Shown here piece after piece: positions 50,990 through 63,005 of a DNA stretch of 64,000 bases; positions within the stretch are counted from its first letter, which is position 1; the number at the start of each line of letters is the position of its first letter. The stretch is taken from positions 11,470,001 through 11,534,000 of the forward strand of contig OZ024749.1 of the NCBI GenBank assembly GCA_964016885.1, written 5' to 3'. This DNA comes from Eledone cirrhosa (taxonomy: Eukaryota). The translations under genes and the position numbers were made by a program. The notes beneath the pieces were generated by a model. The model worked only from the letters and a program-made list of their open reading frames with translations. It made no database searches and was not told the DNA's origin.

Positions 50990-53112
50990 ATAACTTGAGA
51001 GCTGGCACCATCAACATAGGTACAGTGAAAGGAAGATATTGTAGAAATATTTGAATGAAAGAAAGTCAATGTGTGCTGTGTCCATAAGACTAGATGGAGG
51101 GGAATGTAAACTAGATTTCTTATGACAAAAAATTGATGCTACAAATTTTTCTGGGTGGGAAATGATGAAGGGCTGGGTGGAGTAGGGGTTTTGGTCGCAG
51201 AAAAATGGGTAGACAAAGTTATTGCTGTAAATAGAGTAAACAACAATAATTAAACGTAGACTTGTACTAAATAAGACTACCATGACAAACATATCACCAT
51301 ACGCTCCTCAATCTGGACTGCCAGATACACTAAAAGTCAGATTTTATGAGTCCCTAATGCACACAACCTCCTGAATAAATGACAACGACCTCATACTCAT
51401 TGCAGGTGACTTTAACAAGCATGTTGGGCAACACTGTGATAGCTTCGACGAGATCCATGGGGGTTGTGGGTTTGGTACTAGAAATGAGGAAGGAATTCTG
51501 CGATGCTAATGATCTATCTATCTGTAACACGAGACAACCACATAATCACCTATAGATCAGGTATGCACGCCACCAGATAGACTTTAACCTTACCAGAAAA
51601 TGACTCAGATTGACTGTTGTAAACACAAAGTCCTTTCCTGGTGAAGAATGCATCTCCCAACATAACCTGATAGTTAGCGACCTTATAGTCAAAGCTAGGT
51701 GAACTTGATGACTGAGGATAACCTTGAGGTGAAGAATGTGGAAGTCGAAGGACCCCAGTCAGTAACAAATTTAGAGGTCTGTTGTTTGGCACTTTCAACA
51801 GTAAGGAAGAAGAAATAGAGACATACAATATAGAGGAGCAGTGGGAATTCCTGAAAGATAACCTACTGAAGACGACAAACGAAATCTCTGGTTGGAGAAG
51901 ACCTCTAGGGAGAAGGAGAGTGACTTGGTGATGAAACAGTAGGGTGGAGGAGACAATTAAGGCCAAAAGACAGGCTTGGAAAGAATGGTAGGATGGGGGA
52001 AGTAGAGAACACTACCAGGAGATGAGGAGAGAAGCTAGACGACAAGTGTACTTTTCAAGAAGGGAAGCAGAAGATAAAAAATTTAAGGATATTTTGTAAC
52101 GCGAGGAACAAAGGCTTGAGGTGTTCAGGATTGTGAGGTAATGTGTCAGGGAAAGTTGTGATGTTGATGGAGAGAAGTATATTCGAGATGATAATGGTGT
52201 ACTTGCACTCACTGAAAAGAATGTAGCATGGAAGTGTCACTTTGAAAGATTATTGAATGAGGAGAATGCATGGGAAGAAAATAGTTTGCCCCAAGTTGAT
52301 CCAACAGAAGGACCAACTGTACAAGTCAGTAGTAGTATAGTAAGTAAGGCAATCAAGGATATGAAGTCAGGCAGGGCAGCTGGACCTTCAGGATAGTTGT
52401 TGAGATGTTGAAAGCATCTTGCATGGTGGGACATACCATGGTCACCCGTATTATAAACCAAGTAACACAAAATGGTATCATACTCAATTACTGGTGTAGC
52501 AGCATCATTGTTGTCTGCCTCAAGGGCAAAAGAGATGCTCTAGATAGAGAAAACTATAGAGGCATCAAGCTGGTTGACCAGGTTATGAAGGTCACAAAAA
52601 GAATTATAGCACAGCTGATTAGGGATCGAATTAAATTTGATGAAATGCAGTTTGGATTTGTGCCAGGTAAAAGTACCATGGACACCCTCTTCCTTGTGAG
52701 GCAACTGAAGGAGAAGTACCTAACTAAAAGTAAACCCCTCTACTTGGCATTTGTTGAGCTGGAGAAAACCTTTGACAGAGTGCCCCGTACCATTATCTGG
52801 TGGGCACTTAGAAAACTAGTAGATGAATGGCTTGTGAAAGCTGTACAAGCCATGTATAGAGGAACAGTCAGCAAGGTTAGAATTAACAATGATTATAGCA
52901 AAGAATTTAGCATACAAGTAGGTGTTCGTCAGGGCTCTGTCCTTAGCTCTCTCCTGTCTATCATCTTGCAGGCTATAGCGGAAGAGTTTAAGACTGGCTA
53001 CCCATGGGAAATTCTGTATGTAGATGACCTAACTGATAGCTGAATCTATGGTAGAATTAGAGAAGAAATTGCAAACTTGGAAGTATGATCCAGAATCAAA
53101 AGATCTTAAAGT
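50990..53112 (+). mobile_element. Decayed RTE LINE (endonuclease through RT)
   Basis: APE remnants and the RT ORF 52405-53043 (QFGF, AFVELEKTFD, LYVDD), with many stops. Confidence 0.88.
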
Positions 53113-53124
53113 TGATGATGATGA

Positions 53125-53161
<37 letters not shown>

Positions 53162-53274
53162 CTTATCTTATATATATATATATATGGTGTATACATGGTG
53201 CATATGAGTTGCAATGATACTGGTGCTATATCTGCCTTTGCCTTTCTCTTGCACAATATCATATATAGTATATA

Positions 53275-53603
53275 TGGAGGCACATGGCTTAGTGGTTAGA
53301 GCATTGGCCTTGCAATCGAAAGGTTGTGAATTCTCAGACCGGGTGATGTGTTGTTTCCTTGAGCAAGACACTTTATTTCACATTGCTCCAGTTTACTCAG
53401 CTGTAGAAATGAGATGATAGGAACTGGGGTCCCTATCATTCCACTGCAAAGTGGTTGTGTAGGTGCCACAGCAAAAGAGCACCCAGCCTACACTATAAAT
53501 GAGGTTGGGGTTAGGAAGGGCATCCAGCTGTAGAAATCAAGCCAGAATCAGTTTCCGTCCCACCCTTGCAAGCAGGGAAAAGCGGACGTAAAAATGATGA
53601 TGA
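53275..53603 (+). mobile_element. tRNA-derived SINE family A
   Basis: Matches 14442-14786. Confidence 0.85.
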
Positions 53604-53606
53604 TAT

Positions 53607-55221
53607 ATCATCATCATCATCATCACCATTTTACGTCCGTTCTTCCACGCTAGCATGGGTTAGACGGGTTGTCCTGTTGTGGGCAGTGTCTGGTCGGCTG
53701 ACCATGCCTTGCTCATACAGGAACTGATTTGGCTTGATTTCTACAGCTGGATGCCCTTCCTAACACCAACATCATTTACAGTGAGTGCTGGGTGCTTTTT
53801 CGTGGCGCCTACACATCCACTTTACAGTGTGGGCTGGGTGCTTTTTTGCCGTGGCACCTCCACGACCACCTTGCGGTCTATATTGTCTATATGCTTCAGC
53901 TTGTACCCATGGGAGGTCGGGTACTCTGTATTACTGCGTGACGCCAGAAGTCACTGTCGTGTGTCATTGCCTTTGAGAGGTGTAATTGGGTAAGGTCGGC
54001 TTTTATCACCTCATCCCAGGTCATCTTGGGTCTCCCCACTCCGCGGTTTCCATCAACTTCTAGTGCTCTGCACCTTTTTATGCAGCTGTCATCCTTCATA
54101 TGCATCACATGTCCATACCAGCGCAACCGCCTCTCCTGCACACAGCATTTGATTCTTCTTATGCTCAGTCTCTCTCTCAATTCATTTATGCTTTGTCGTT
54201 CACGTATATTACTGTTACACATCCATCGGCGCATGCAGGCTTCGTTTCTCTCTAATCTACGTAAGTCTTCCACCTTCAGCGCCCAGGTCTCACTACCATG
54301 CAACATTGCTGTTCGGATACACGCATCATACAGTCTGCCTTTCATTCTGAGGGAGAAGCCTTTTGCAGCTAGCAGTGGTAGTAGTTCCCTAAACTTCTTC
54401 CATCCCGTTCTTACCCTAGTTATTGTACTTTCTGAACACCCACCTCCACTGCTAATTTGGTCACCTAGGTAGCAGAAGCTGTCTACTGTTTCTACAGAGC
54501 CCTCCCAGAGATTGGTGGTACTTGTTTCCTGTGGTTGTTTGCTGCTTGCTGTTGCTGCATGTGAAGCCTACATTCTTAATTAAGCTTCCTGAGATCCCGC
54601 TACATCTCTTGTGTACCCATTGTTTGCATTTGGGGCAGAGAATGGAGTTCCTACCTACACCTTTCCTACATACTGAGCAAGGCCATTTCCCTGAGGGGAT
54701 CTGGGTTCTGTTTTCTCGTCTACTTACAAGGACCTTAGTCTTTGTCATGTTGACTTTGAGACCCTTTCTTTCTAGTTCCTGCTTCCAAGTTTGGAATTTA
54801 TTCTCTAGTTCTACCATAGATTCAGCTATGAGTGCGAGGTCATCAGCATACAGGAGTTCCCATGGGCATCCGGTCTTAAACTCCTCCGTTATTGCCTGCA
54901 GGACTATGATGAACAGGAGGGGGCTAAGAACAGAACCCTTGTGGACCCCAACCTGTACGCTAAATTCCTCGCTATACTCATTGCTAATCCTAACTTTGCT
55001 GACTGCTCCCCTATACATGGCTTTTACCGCTTTCACAAGCCATTCATCTACTCCTAGTTTTCTAAGAGCCCACCAGATTACAGCACGTGGAACTCTGTCA
55101 AAGGCTTTCTCAAGGTCGACAAATGCCAAGTAGAGTGGCTTACTTTTAGCTAGGTACTTTTCCTGTAACTGCCTCACAAGGAAGAGGGCATCAGTGGTGC
55201 CTCTTCCTGGTACAAACGCAA
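53607..55221 (-). mobile_element. RTE LINE, close sibling of the 23948-26490 copy
   Basis: Near-identical 3'UTR and RT (LLYADD); one frameshift after the Cys-rich finger. Confidence 0.93.
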
Positions 55222-55244
55222 ATATATATATATAAATAGTATAA

Positions 55245-55582
55245 AGACCCTCTTCGGTCTCAAATGACCATGGAATTTGCACATAGAAAGTTTCCTCCGA
55301 GGCACAAGTCTTGGTAAAGGTTATTTGTGGAAGACCAGTAGTCACCCATGCATACTAGTCTCCCCTCTCCACGCCACCAATGTTGTCCAAGGGAAAGGCA
55401 ATGGCCAATACAGCTTGGTACCAGTGACATCCCAATTCATTTCTACAGCTGAGTGAACTGCAGCAATATGAAATAAAGTATCTTGCTCAAGAACACAAAT
55501 CAAAGCCTGGTCTGAGAATTAAACTCACAACCTGACAATTGTAAGCCCGACACTCTAACCACTAAGCCATGTGCCTTCACAT
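55245..55582 (-). mobile_element. tRNA-derived SINE related to family A, with a different 3' part
   Basis: Head gaaggcacatggcttagtggttagag and the shared body 'ttgagcaagatactttatttca'. Related pieces near 50350-50730 and 58610-58945. Confidence 0.7.
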
Positions 55583-55871
55583 GTATATATATATATGCAT
55601 ATAGTATATTCTGTACATGCCTAACACATCTGCACTCTTTCTGTACACTTGCATATGTACCGCTAATGTCCTCGTTTTACAAGTAACTTTCTTCTTTATT
55701 TCCTCTATAATTGTTGTATTATTCTTTTATAATCTTTGTCGCATCCACTGACACTGACCACATCATCTCCACTCTTTAAATATGACACTGTTAATGACAA
55801 CACTTACATCTATGTATCTTTACGATTGTTCTGTGGAATAGGAGGTTAATTATATGTCTAAACTTTGCTAG

Positions 55872-55918
55872 TGCCCTGATGATTCCAAACGAACGTTTGG
55901 AAGAAACGATTGTCAGCA
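55872..55918 (+). ncRNA. Type I hammerhead ribozyme motif
   Basis: ugcc-CUGAUGA-uuccaaac(gaac)guuuggaa-GAAAC-gauu-GUC-agca: intact core, perfect 8-bp stem II, GUC cleavage triplet, one mismatch in stem I. Confidence 0.7.
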
Positions 55919-56192
55919 ATAAAATGTTTTCAACATAGTTTTGATTATTCTGTAATTTATATTCCGGCTCTGTAAAACATCTGATGTATTTACATTGAGC
56001 TATTTTTTCTTACTGGTAATAAGGTGGTAATGAGTTACTGACCTTTCCTGTTTATAATTATAGATAGTCTAAACCCATGCTAGTGTGGAAGATAGACATT
56101 AAACGACGATGATGATGATGATAGTGTATGTATAAGTATAAATAATATTATTATTATTATTATTATATATATATATACACTAGTAAATAAAT

Positions 56193-56230
56193 ATACTAAA
56201 AAGACTCCAGTTGCATTTTCAATTTCTTTT

Positions 56231-56268
<38 letters not shown>

Positions 56269-56845
56269 ATGTGTATATGTATAATAAAGCCAAAACAATA
56301 CAGGTATGGACATAGAATAAAGAATGCAAATGCAAAAGATATTGTTGACAATTAGTCTTTTACCTTAGATTTATTTAAATGTTCTTAATTTTCGAGATAA
56401 TATCTCTTCTTCGGAGGGAAGTAAAGTGGTTAAACCAGTGTTCTAAATACCTGGCAAGCTATTTAGAAGACTGGTTTAACAATCGTAAAGATATATAGAT
56501 GTTAGTGTTGTCATTAACAGTGTCATATTTAAAGAGTGAAGATGATGTGGTCAGTATCAGTGGATGTGACAAAGATTAGAAAAGAATAATACAATAAATA
56601 GCTTGGCAAGCTATTTTGAACACTGGTTTAACCACTTTACTTCCCTCCAAAGAAGAGATATTATCTCGAAAATTAAGGACATTTAAATAAATCTAAGGTA
56701 AAAGACTAATTATCAACAATATCTTTTGCATTTGCATTCTTTATTCTATGTCCATACCTGCATTGTTTTCGCTTTATTATACATATACAAACGTTTATAT
56801 ATAAAGAAAAGAAATTGAAAATGCAACTGGAGTCTTTTTAGTATT
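56193..56845. repeat. Long inverted repeat (arms about 56193-56463 and 56597-56845)
   Basis: Arms read as reverse complements over about 250 bp with few mismatches. Confidence 0.92.
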
Positions 56846-57107
56846 TACTTTTCCGGTTTCACAGTTCTTATGATTTTCAAAAGTAAAATTGGAATGGAGG
56901 GTTTATGTTTCTGTTGTGGTACCTGCGTGGAACTTCTTAATAAAACCTTACTTTCTTATAATTCGGATCTAGCTGTCGAAACGGCCGGAGCTCATCCGTC
57001 GGGGTCCCGACTCTTTACCTATTACCCACTCTACTACCCTAAGTATTGAGTACTCTGGTGCGTTATGGTCCACCTGGTTCCTTACCACTCTTTGTTATAT
57101 ATATATA

Positions 57108-57433
57108 TCATCATCATCATTTTATGTCCGCTTTTCCCTGCTTGCACGGGTGGGACGGGAACTGATTCTGGCTTGATTTCTACAGCTGGATGCCCTTCCT
57201 AACACCAACCTCGTTTACAGTGAGTGCTGGGTGCTTTTTTGCTGTGGCTCCTCCACGACCACTTTGCAGTGGAATGATAGAGACCCCAGTCCCTATCATC
57301 TCATTTCTACAGCTGAGTAAACTGGAGCAATGTGAAATAAAGTATCTTGCTCAAGGAAACAACACATCACCCGGTCTGAGAATTGAACTCACAACCTTTT
57401 GATTGCAAGGCCAATGCTCTAACCACTAGGCCA
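57108..57433 (-). mobile_element. tRNA-derived SINE family A
   Basis: Matches 6018-6368. Confidence 0.85.
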
Positions 57434-57669
57434 TAATAATAATAATAATAATAATAATCAAGAACTTTGAAAGATTTAGTAAAATAACTTTTTAAGTTAT
57501 GTTGGTTTTTGGAAGCTATATTAACAAAAGGTTCTTATATAAAACTGTGATGGAAGATTTTCATTTGAAGATAGATATTTTAAAGTTGTTTTATGTCACA
57601 GAACCAGGGCAGCTTTTAGGTTGTGTGATATGAAAATGTTTTACCATTTTATTATTATTTGTATTCCAG

Positions 57670-57812
57670 AGACATTGACACCACAGCAGACATTTCAATA
57701 TTTAATGTTAATGCAAAAACTTGTCCCTACCCTACCTCAGCCTCGACTACAGAATCTTAATGACGACGAAGACACTGATTCAGATACTGAAGATATGATT
57801 ATTGATGACACA
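57670..57812 (+). CDS. UBE3C: UBE3C-like exon 9 (TLTPQQTFQYLMLMQKLVPTLPQ...DDEDTDSDTEDMIIDDT)
   Basis: ttccag| and |gtgagt, 143 nt, phase 1-0. Acidic stretch at the same position as in UBE3C. Confidence 0.85.
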
Positions 57813-58159
57813 GTGAGTTGATATTTCTGTTATTAGCTCTCTCTTTTTTCCTACCACTTTCATCCTCTCTTCCTGTCCCCAACCCCCACCCCATTATCTT
57901 TTCCCTTCACTGCCTTTCTCTCTCTTCTTCTTTCTACTACTCATCCTGCCTCCGTCCCTCTCCTACCACTCTCATCCTTCCTCTCCTCCTGCCCCCCCCC
58001 CCCACTTATCCTCCCTCCCTTTGTTTCTATAACTCTACATCTTCCCTTCCTCTATCCTCTCCCTCTGTTTCTACAAATATCACAGCCTTACTATTGTCAG
58101 TTCAACATCCTAACCATGTTAATACACCAACACTTTACCTGTTGGCTTTTCAATTTTGC

Positions 58160-58540
58160 AGTTGTACGTGTCTGGCAGATGATTTGATCTGAGACTGTGT
58201 TGAAACTAAAACAATTACATCATGGAGGAGTCGTTTTAGCCACAGTTGTACATGTCTGGCAGATGATTTGATCTGAGACTGTGTTGAAACTAAAACAATT
58301 ACATCATGGAGGAGTACATGTCTGGCAGATGATTTGATCTGAGACTGTGTTGAAACTAAAACAATTACATCATGGAAGAGTCATTTTAGCCACAGATGTA
58401 CATGTCTGGAAGATGATTTGATCTAGGCAGATGAATTGATCTGAGACTGTGTGTTGAAACTAAAACAATTACATCATGGAAGAGTCATTTTAGCCACAGT
58501 TGTACATGTCTGGCAAGTGATTTGATTTGAGACTGTGTTT
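58160..58540. repeat. Tandem repeat of about 65-85 bp (4-5 copies)
   Basis: Recurring gtacatgtctggcagatgatttgatctgagactgtgttgaaactaaaacaattacatcatgg. Confidence 0.9.
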
Positions 58541-59094
58541 CAGTAGAACTCTGTCAATGTCCAAGAATTACATATTTACCTCCTTTCCTGCTCTCCGCTT
58601 CCTTTCATTCATGATTGACCATGGGTTTGCACCTGGAAAGCTCTACAAAGTGCAAACATGGACAAGGTATTTTTGTGGAAGACCAGCAGTCATCCATGCA
58701 TACCAGTCACCCATGCATACCAGTCACCCATACATACCAGTCACCCATGCATACCAGTCTCCCATACATACCAGTCACCCCTCTCCATGCCACCAATGTT
58801 GTCTAAGGGAAAGGCACCAGTATTGTCACAACTAATTTTTTCCAACTAAGTGGACTAGAGCAATGTGAAATAAAGTGTATGGCTCAAAAACACAATATAC
58901 TATCTGATTTGGAAATCAAAGTCATGATTGTGAGACTAACACCCTAACCACTAAGCCACACACCTGATAAATGTAAAGTTAAAAGGACCCTTCTATGATG
59001 TAATTGTTTTCAATTTTCTAAATAGCGAAATATTTTGTGTTGAAGAAATCTTGTATACAACATTTAGTTTCATATGACTAGTGTTGAAATTAGG

Positions 59095-60050
59095 CATTGC
59101 TGGTGTCATGATAAAAACACCCTGTATACCCTGTAAGGTTATAGTGCTGGTGTCATGATAAAAGTACCCAGTCCACCTTGTAAATTGGTAATGCTGGTGT
59201 CATGCTAAAAATACCCAGTCCACCCTGTAAAGTGGTAGTGCTGGTGTCATGGTAAAAATACCCAGTCCACCCTGTAAAGTGGTAGTGCTGGTGTCATGGT
59301 AAAAATATCCAGTCCACCCTGTAAAGTGGTAGTGCTGGTGTCATGGTAAAAATACCCAGTCCACCCTGTAAAGTGGTAGTGCTGGTGTCATGGTAAAAAT
59401 ACCCAGTCCACCCTGTAAAGTGGTAGTGCTGGTGTCATGGTAAAAATACCCAGTCCACCCTGTAAAGTGGTAGTGCTGGTGTCATGGTAAAAATACCCAG
59501 TCCACCCTGTAAAGTGGTAGTGCTGGTGTCATGGTAAAAATACCCAGCCCACCTTGCAAAGTGGTAGTGCTGGTGTCATGATAAAAATACCCAGCCCACC
59601 CTGTAAAGTGGTAGTGCTGGTGTCATGATCAAAATACCCAGTCCACCTTGTAAAGTGGGAGTGCCGGTGTCATGATAAAAATACCCAGTCCACCCTGTAA
59701 AGTGGGAGTGCCGGTGTCATGATAAAAATACCCAGCCCACCCTGTAAAGTGGTAGTGCTGGTGTCATGATCAAAATACCCAGTCCACCCTGTAAAGTGGG
59801 AGTGCCGGTGTCATGATAAAAGTACCCAGTCCACCCTGTAAAGTGGCAGTGCTGGTGTCATGATCAAAATACCCAGTCCACCCTGTAAAGTGGTAGTGCT
59901 GGTGCCATGATAAAAGTACCCAGTCCACCCTGTAAAGTGGCAGTGCTGGTGCCATGATAAAAGCACCCAGTCGACCCTGTAAAGTGGCAGTGCTGGTGCC
60001 ATGATAAAAGTACCCAGTCCACCCTACAAGATGGTAGTCCTGGTGTCACA
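59095..60050. repeat. 47-bp minisatellite (about 20 copies) derived from the RTE/SINE 3'UTR
   Basis: Unit gtgctggtgtcatggtaaaaatacccagtccaccctgtaaagtggta. Confidence 0.95.
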
Positions 60051-60104
60051 ACAAAATGGTCCTTGTACACATTATGAAGCTATAGAAACCAAGCTAAAAA
60101 CGTG

Positions 60105-60290
60105 GTGATGATAACTAATACATGGTAAACAGTGATGGTAATGACTTATAGATGGTAAATAGTGATGATGTTGATGACTAATACATGGTAAATAGTGATG
60201 ATGGTGATGACTAATACATGGTAAATAGTGATGATGTTGATGACTAATACATGGTAAATAGTGATGATGGTGATGATAATGACTAATAAA
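60105..60290. repeat. About 33-bp tandem repeat
   Basis: gatgactaatacatggtaaatagtgatgatg, about 5 copies. Confidence 0.85.
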
Positions 60291-60330
60291 TTAGTGTTCA
60301 CCATATTTAATTTTTTTTACCTTCTTTCAG

Positions 60331-60515
60331 GAGACAGACTTTGCTTACCAGGAAAAATTACGTGAATCCTGCCTCAATTATTTAGATTCAGTAGTACTTG
60401 CTCGCCGTATTATTGTGTGTACCACAGAATATTCCACTCCAGATATACTTGTAGCAATTTGTAATATTTGTCACAGTCTTATGTGTGACCAACGGATTCC
60501 TGTTCATAAATTAAG
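60331..60515 (+). CDS. UBE3C: UBE3C-like exon 10 (ETDFAYQEKLRESCLNYLDS...ICHSLMCDQRIPVHKL)
   Basis: ctttcag| and AG|gtaact, 185 nt, phase 0-2. Matches UBE3C 'EECLKKLD...SVCHTLMVQHRMMVPKVR'. The gene continues beyond the window. Confidence 0.88.
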
Positions 60516-60816
60516 GTAACTTTTCCAACATATAATAGTTTCACAACTTTGATTTTAATATTTAATGTGATGATGGTAGATTGGTAGAGCATCTGATAAA
60601 ATACCTTTGTGCTAGTTCTGAGTTCAAACCCCTTTTGGGGTTGATAAAATAATATACCTGTCAAGTCCTGGTGTTGATTTAATCAACTTTGACTTTCCCC
60701 CAAATTTGCTGACCTTGTGTCTAAATTAAAAATCAATATTTAATGTGATGCAGCCATTTTAATCTTCTGTATTTTTCAAGAACATCTTGCTAGTGTGGTT
60801 TCATATGGTGCATGAA

Positions 60817-61890
60817 GTAGCTGACATACCCAGCTTCGCCTGGGTAAACAGATGATATGAGAAAATAACTATTGGATGTGTGTTTTAGTTTACAGTACGA
60901 GGCGAGACCATGGTGTGTATGTGTTTGCAAAAAAACCCCTGTAAAACGTCTTCCAGATACACCATATTCTTCGTTTTACTGTTAGTGCATAGCATATAAA
61001 GATTTCTAAGGGTTTCCACTCGTGAACAACCTACATATAACTGCCCATGGGTAAAAAGTGACTCTTTTGTATTCAATTTTACAACTTTGAAACTCTGAGC
61101 CTGAGCTTTATGTATGGTCATAGTAAAACTGGCTCTAACAGGGAACTGAAGTCTTGAGAATTTGAATGGCAGCTCGGTAGAGGAATCTTGGGAATAAATG
61201 CATTTTCTCCTTCATGATTGCCTCTAATAATTGTGACCTCTAGGAGATGGTTCATCATCCACGTAACTGTTAAGCATGTGCCATTGCACAGACGTGGTTG
61301 ATCAAGGTTTCTTAAGAGGATGATGGGAGTTTCAATCTTTTATATTATATAGAGATATAGATTATTATATAGATAGATATAGATAGGAATGTCAGCAGCC
61401 TGTCAGAGGAAGGAGCCCTGCGAGGTGGGGTGGCTGTTGCAGCAGGTGTCACTGGGCGTAGCCCCAACATTGTTGCGCCCTAGGCCCAGAGCCCACTACC
61501 CTCTGACCTTCTTTACCCCTTCCCCATTTAAATGTTATTTACACAATTGTAAATAAAATTATAAATAAAATTGTAAATAAAATCATTATGTGGAGCAAGA
61601 GAAAGAAATTCTTGCTATGGATAAAACATATTTTTGCTATGAAAAAATAAAGACTAATATTCTTTATAGAATAGCCGAATGATTTCCTGCTACCATATAT
61701 GGAAAATGATTAAAGATCTAGATCTAGATAATTATATATAAATGTGTGTATGTGTATGTCTGTGTGCGTAAACCAGCGTTTGAATTGGAGACGCTGGTCA
61801 CGAAACATGAAAGCGCAAAGAGAATCCCTTATGGTTGACTCCCAACCTGCTAGAAATAGCAGTCAGGTTGGTTAGCATACCTGGGATGAT
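60817..61890 (-). mobile_element. Non-autonomous Helitron-derived composite, copy 2, with 3' terminal hairpin
   Basis: Helicase motifs TIHKAQ...FTHGQLYVGCSRV. On the minus strand: hairpin tacccag/ctgggta then tcagCTAC at the end, and a TCTATATAATA-type 5' end near 61352. Confidence 0.8.
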
Positions 61891-62054
61891 TTTCTACTTT
61901 GATTTTATAAAATTAGTATCAACAACCCTTCCTGGGTATACCCTTATTTCATTGCTGTACTTACTTTTTGATTGTCAGGTTTTGTTTTTGTGTGATGCAC
62001 GAAGAAACCAACCAACAAACATCTCACTTTTACATTATGCATAGATAATAACTT

Positions 62055-62810
62055 ATCATCATCATTTTATGACTGATTTGCTGAAAGGCTCCTTTTCAGT
62101 ACATCAGCTCTCTACTCTTTACAATCTTTTGTCATCTTTCCTGTGAGTTTCAGCGATTCAAGATCAGCTCTCACAACTTCTGCCCAGGTCTTCCTTGATC
62201 TTCCTCTACTGGCATTACTTAGATTTCTTTTCCCAGCGATTATCATCCGTACCTATCACATGTCCATACCAGCACAGTCTTCTCTCTTTCATACAACATC
62301 TAATTCTTCTTATATTCAGTTCATCCATGCTTTGCCTTTCACATATATTGACATTGCACATCCATCAAAGCATGATTGAGTCATTACTCTCCAGTCTGTG
62401 CATATCTTCAGCGTTCACTGCCCATGTCTCAATACCATTCAACATCCCACTTTGTACACATGCACCATACAGCCTGCTTTTCTTTCGAAGAGAGAAGCTT
62501 TTTGTTGTCAACAGAAGTATAGCTCTCTAAGCTCTTGGATCTTCTCCATTGCTAATTATATCACCAAGGTAGCAGAAGCTATCAACTACTTCTATGGAAC
62601 CTTCATGTATTTGAAAAAGATGAATATCACTGAAACCCTTATTTTCCCTGAGCATATTATTCCTTTCTTGTTAGTCTGCCTGCTATCCCGCTATACCTCT
62701 TTTCTACCCAAAATTTGCATTGTGTACATATCAAGCCAGGCCATTTCCCTGATGGGAAATGTCTTCTTTCCTAGTTATTAACACTTTAGTTTTTGCTAAG
62801 TTCACTCAGT
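62055..62810 (-). mobile_element. Old degenerate RTE LINE 3' fragment
   Basis: Residual similarity to the C-terminal region of the other RTE copies. Confidence 0.75.
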
Positions 62811-62839
62811 ATTTATGAATGTAAGTTATGTTTTCACAG

Positions 62840-63005
62840 TCAGTATCGGACGCCATGCTTTGCAGCAAAGAGTTACGGCCCTTTATGGTCTGAGTTCAAA
62901 TCCCGCCAAGGTTAACTTTGCTTTCGTCCTTACGGGGTTGATAAAATAAAGTACCAGTAATACACTGGGATAATTGCTGGCCTTGTGCCAAAAGTAGAAA
63001 CAATT
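62840..63005 (+). mobile_element. tRNA-derived SINE family B
   Basis: Matches the 21994 and 26672 copies. Confidence 0.75.
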
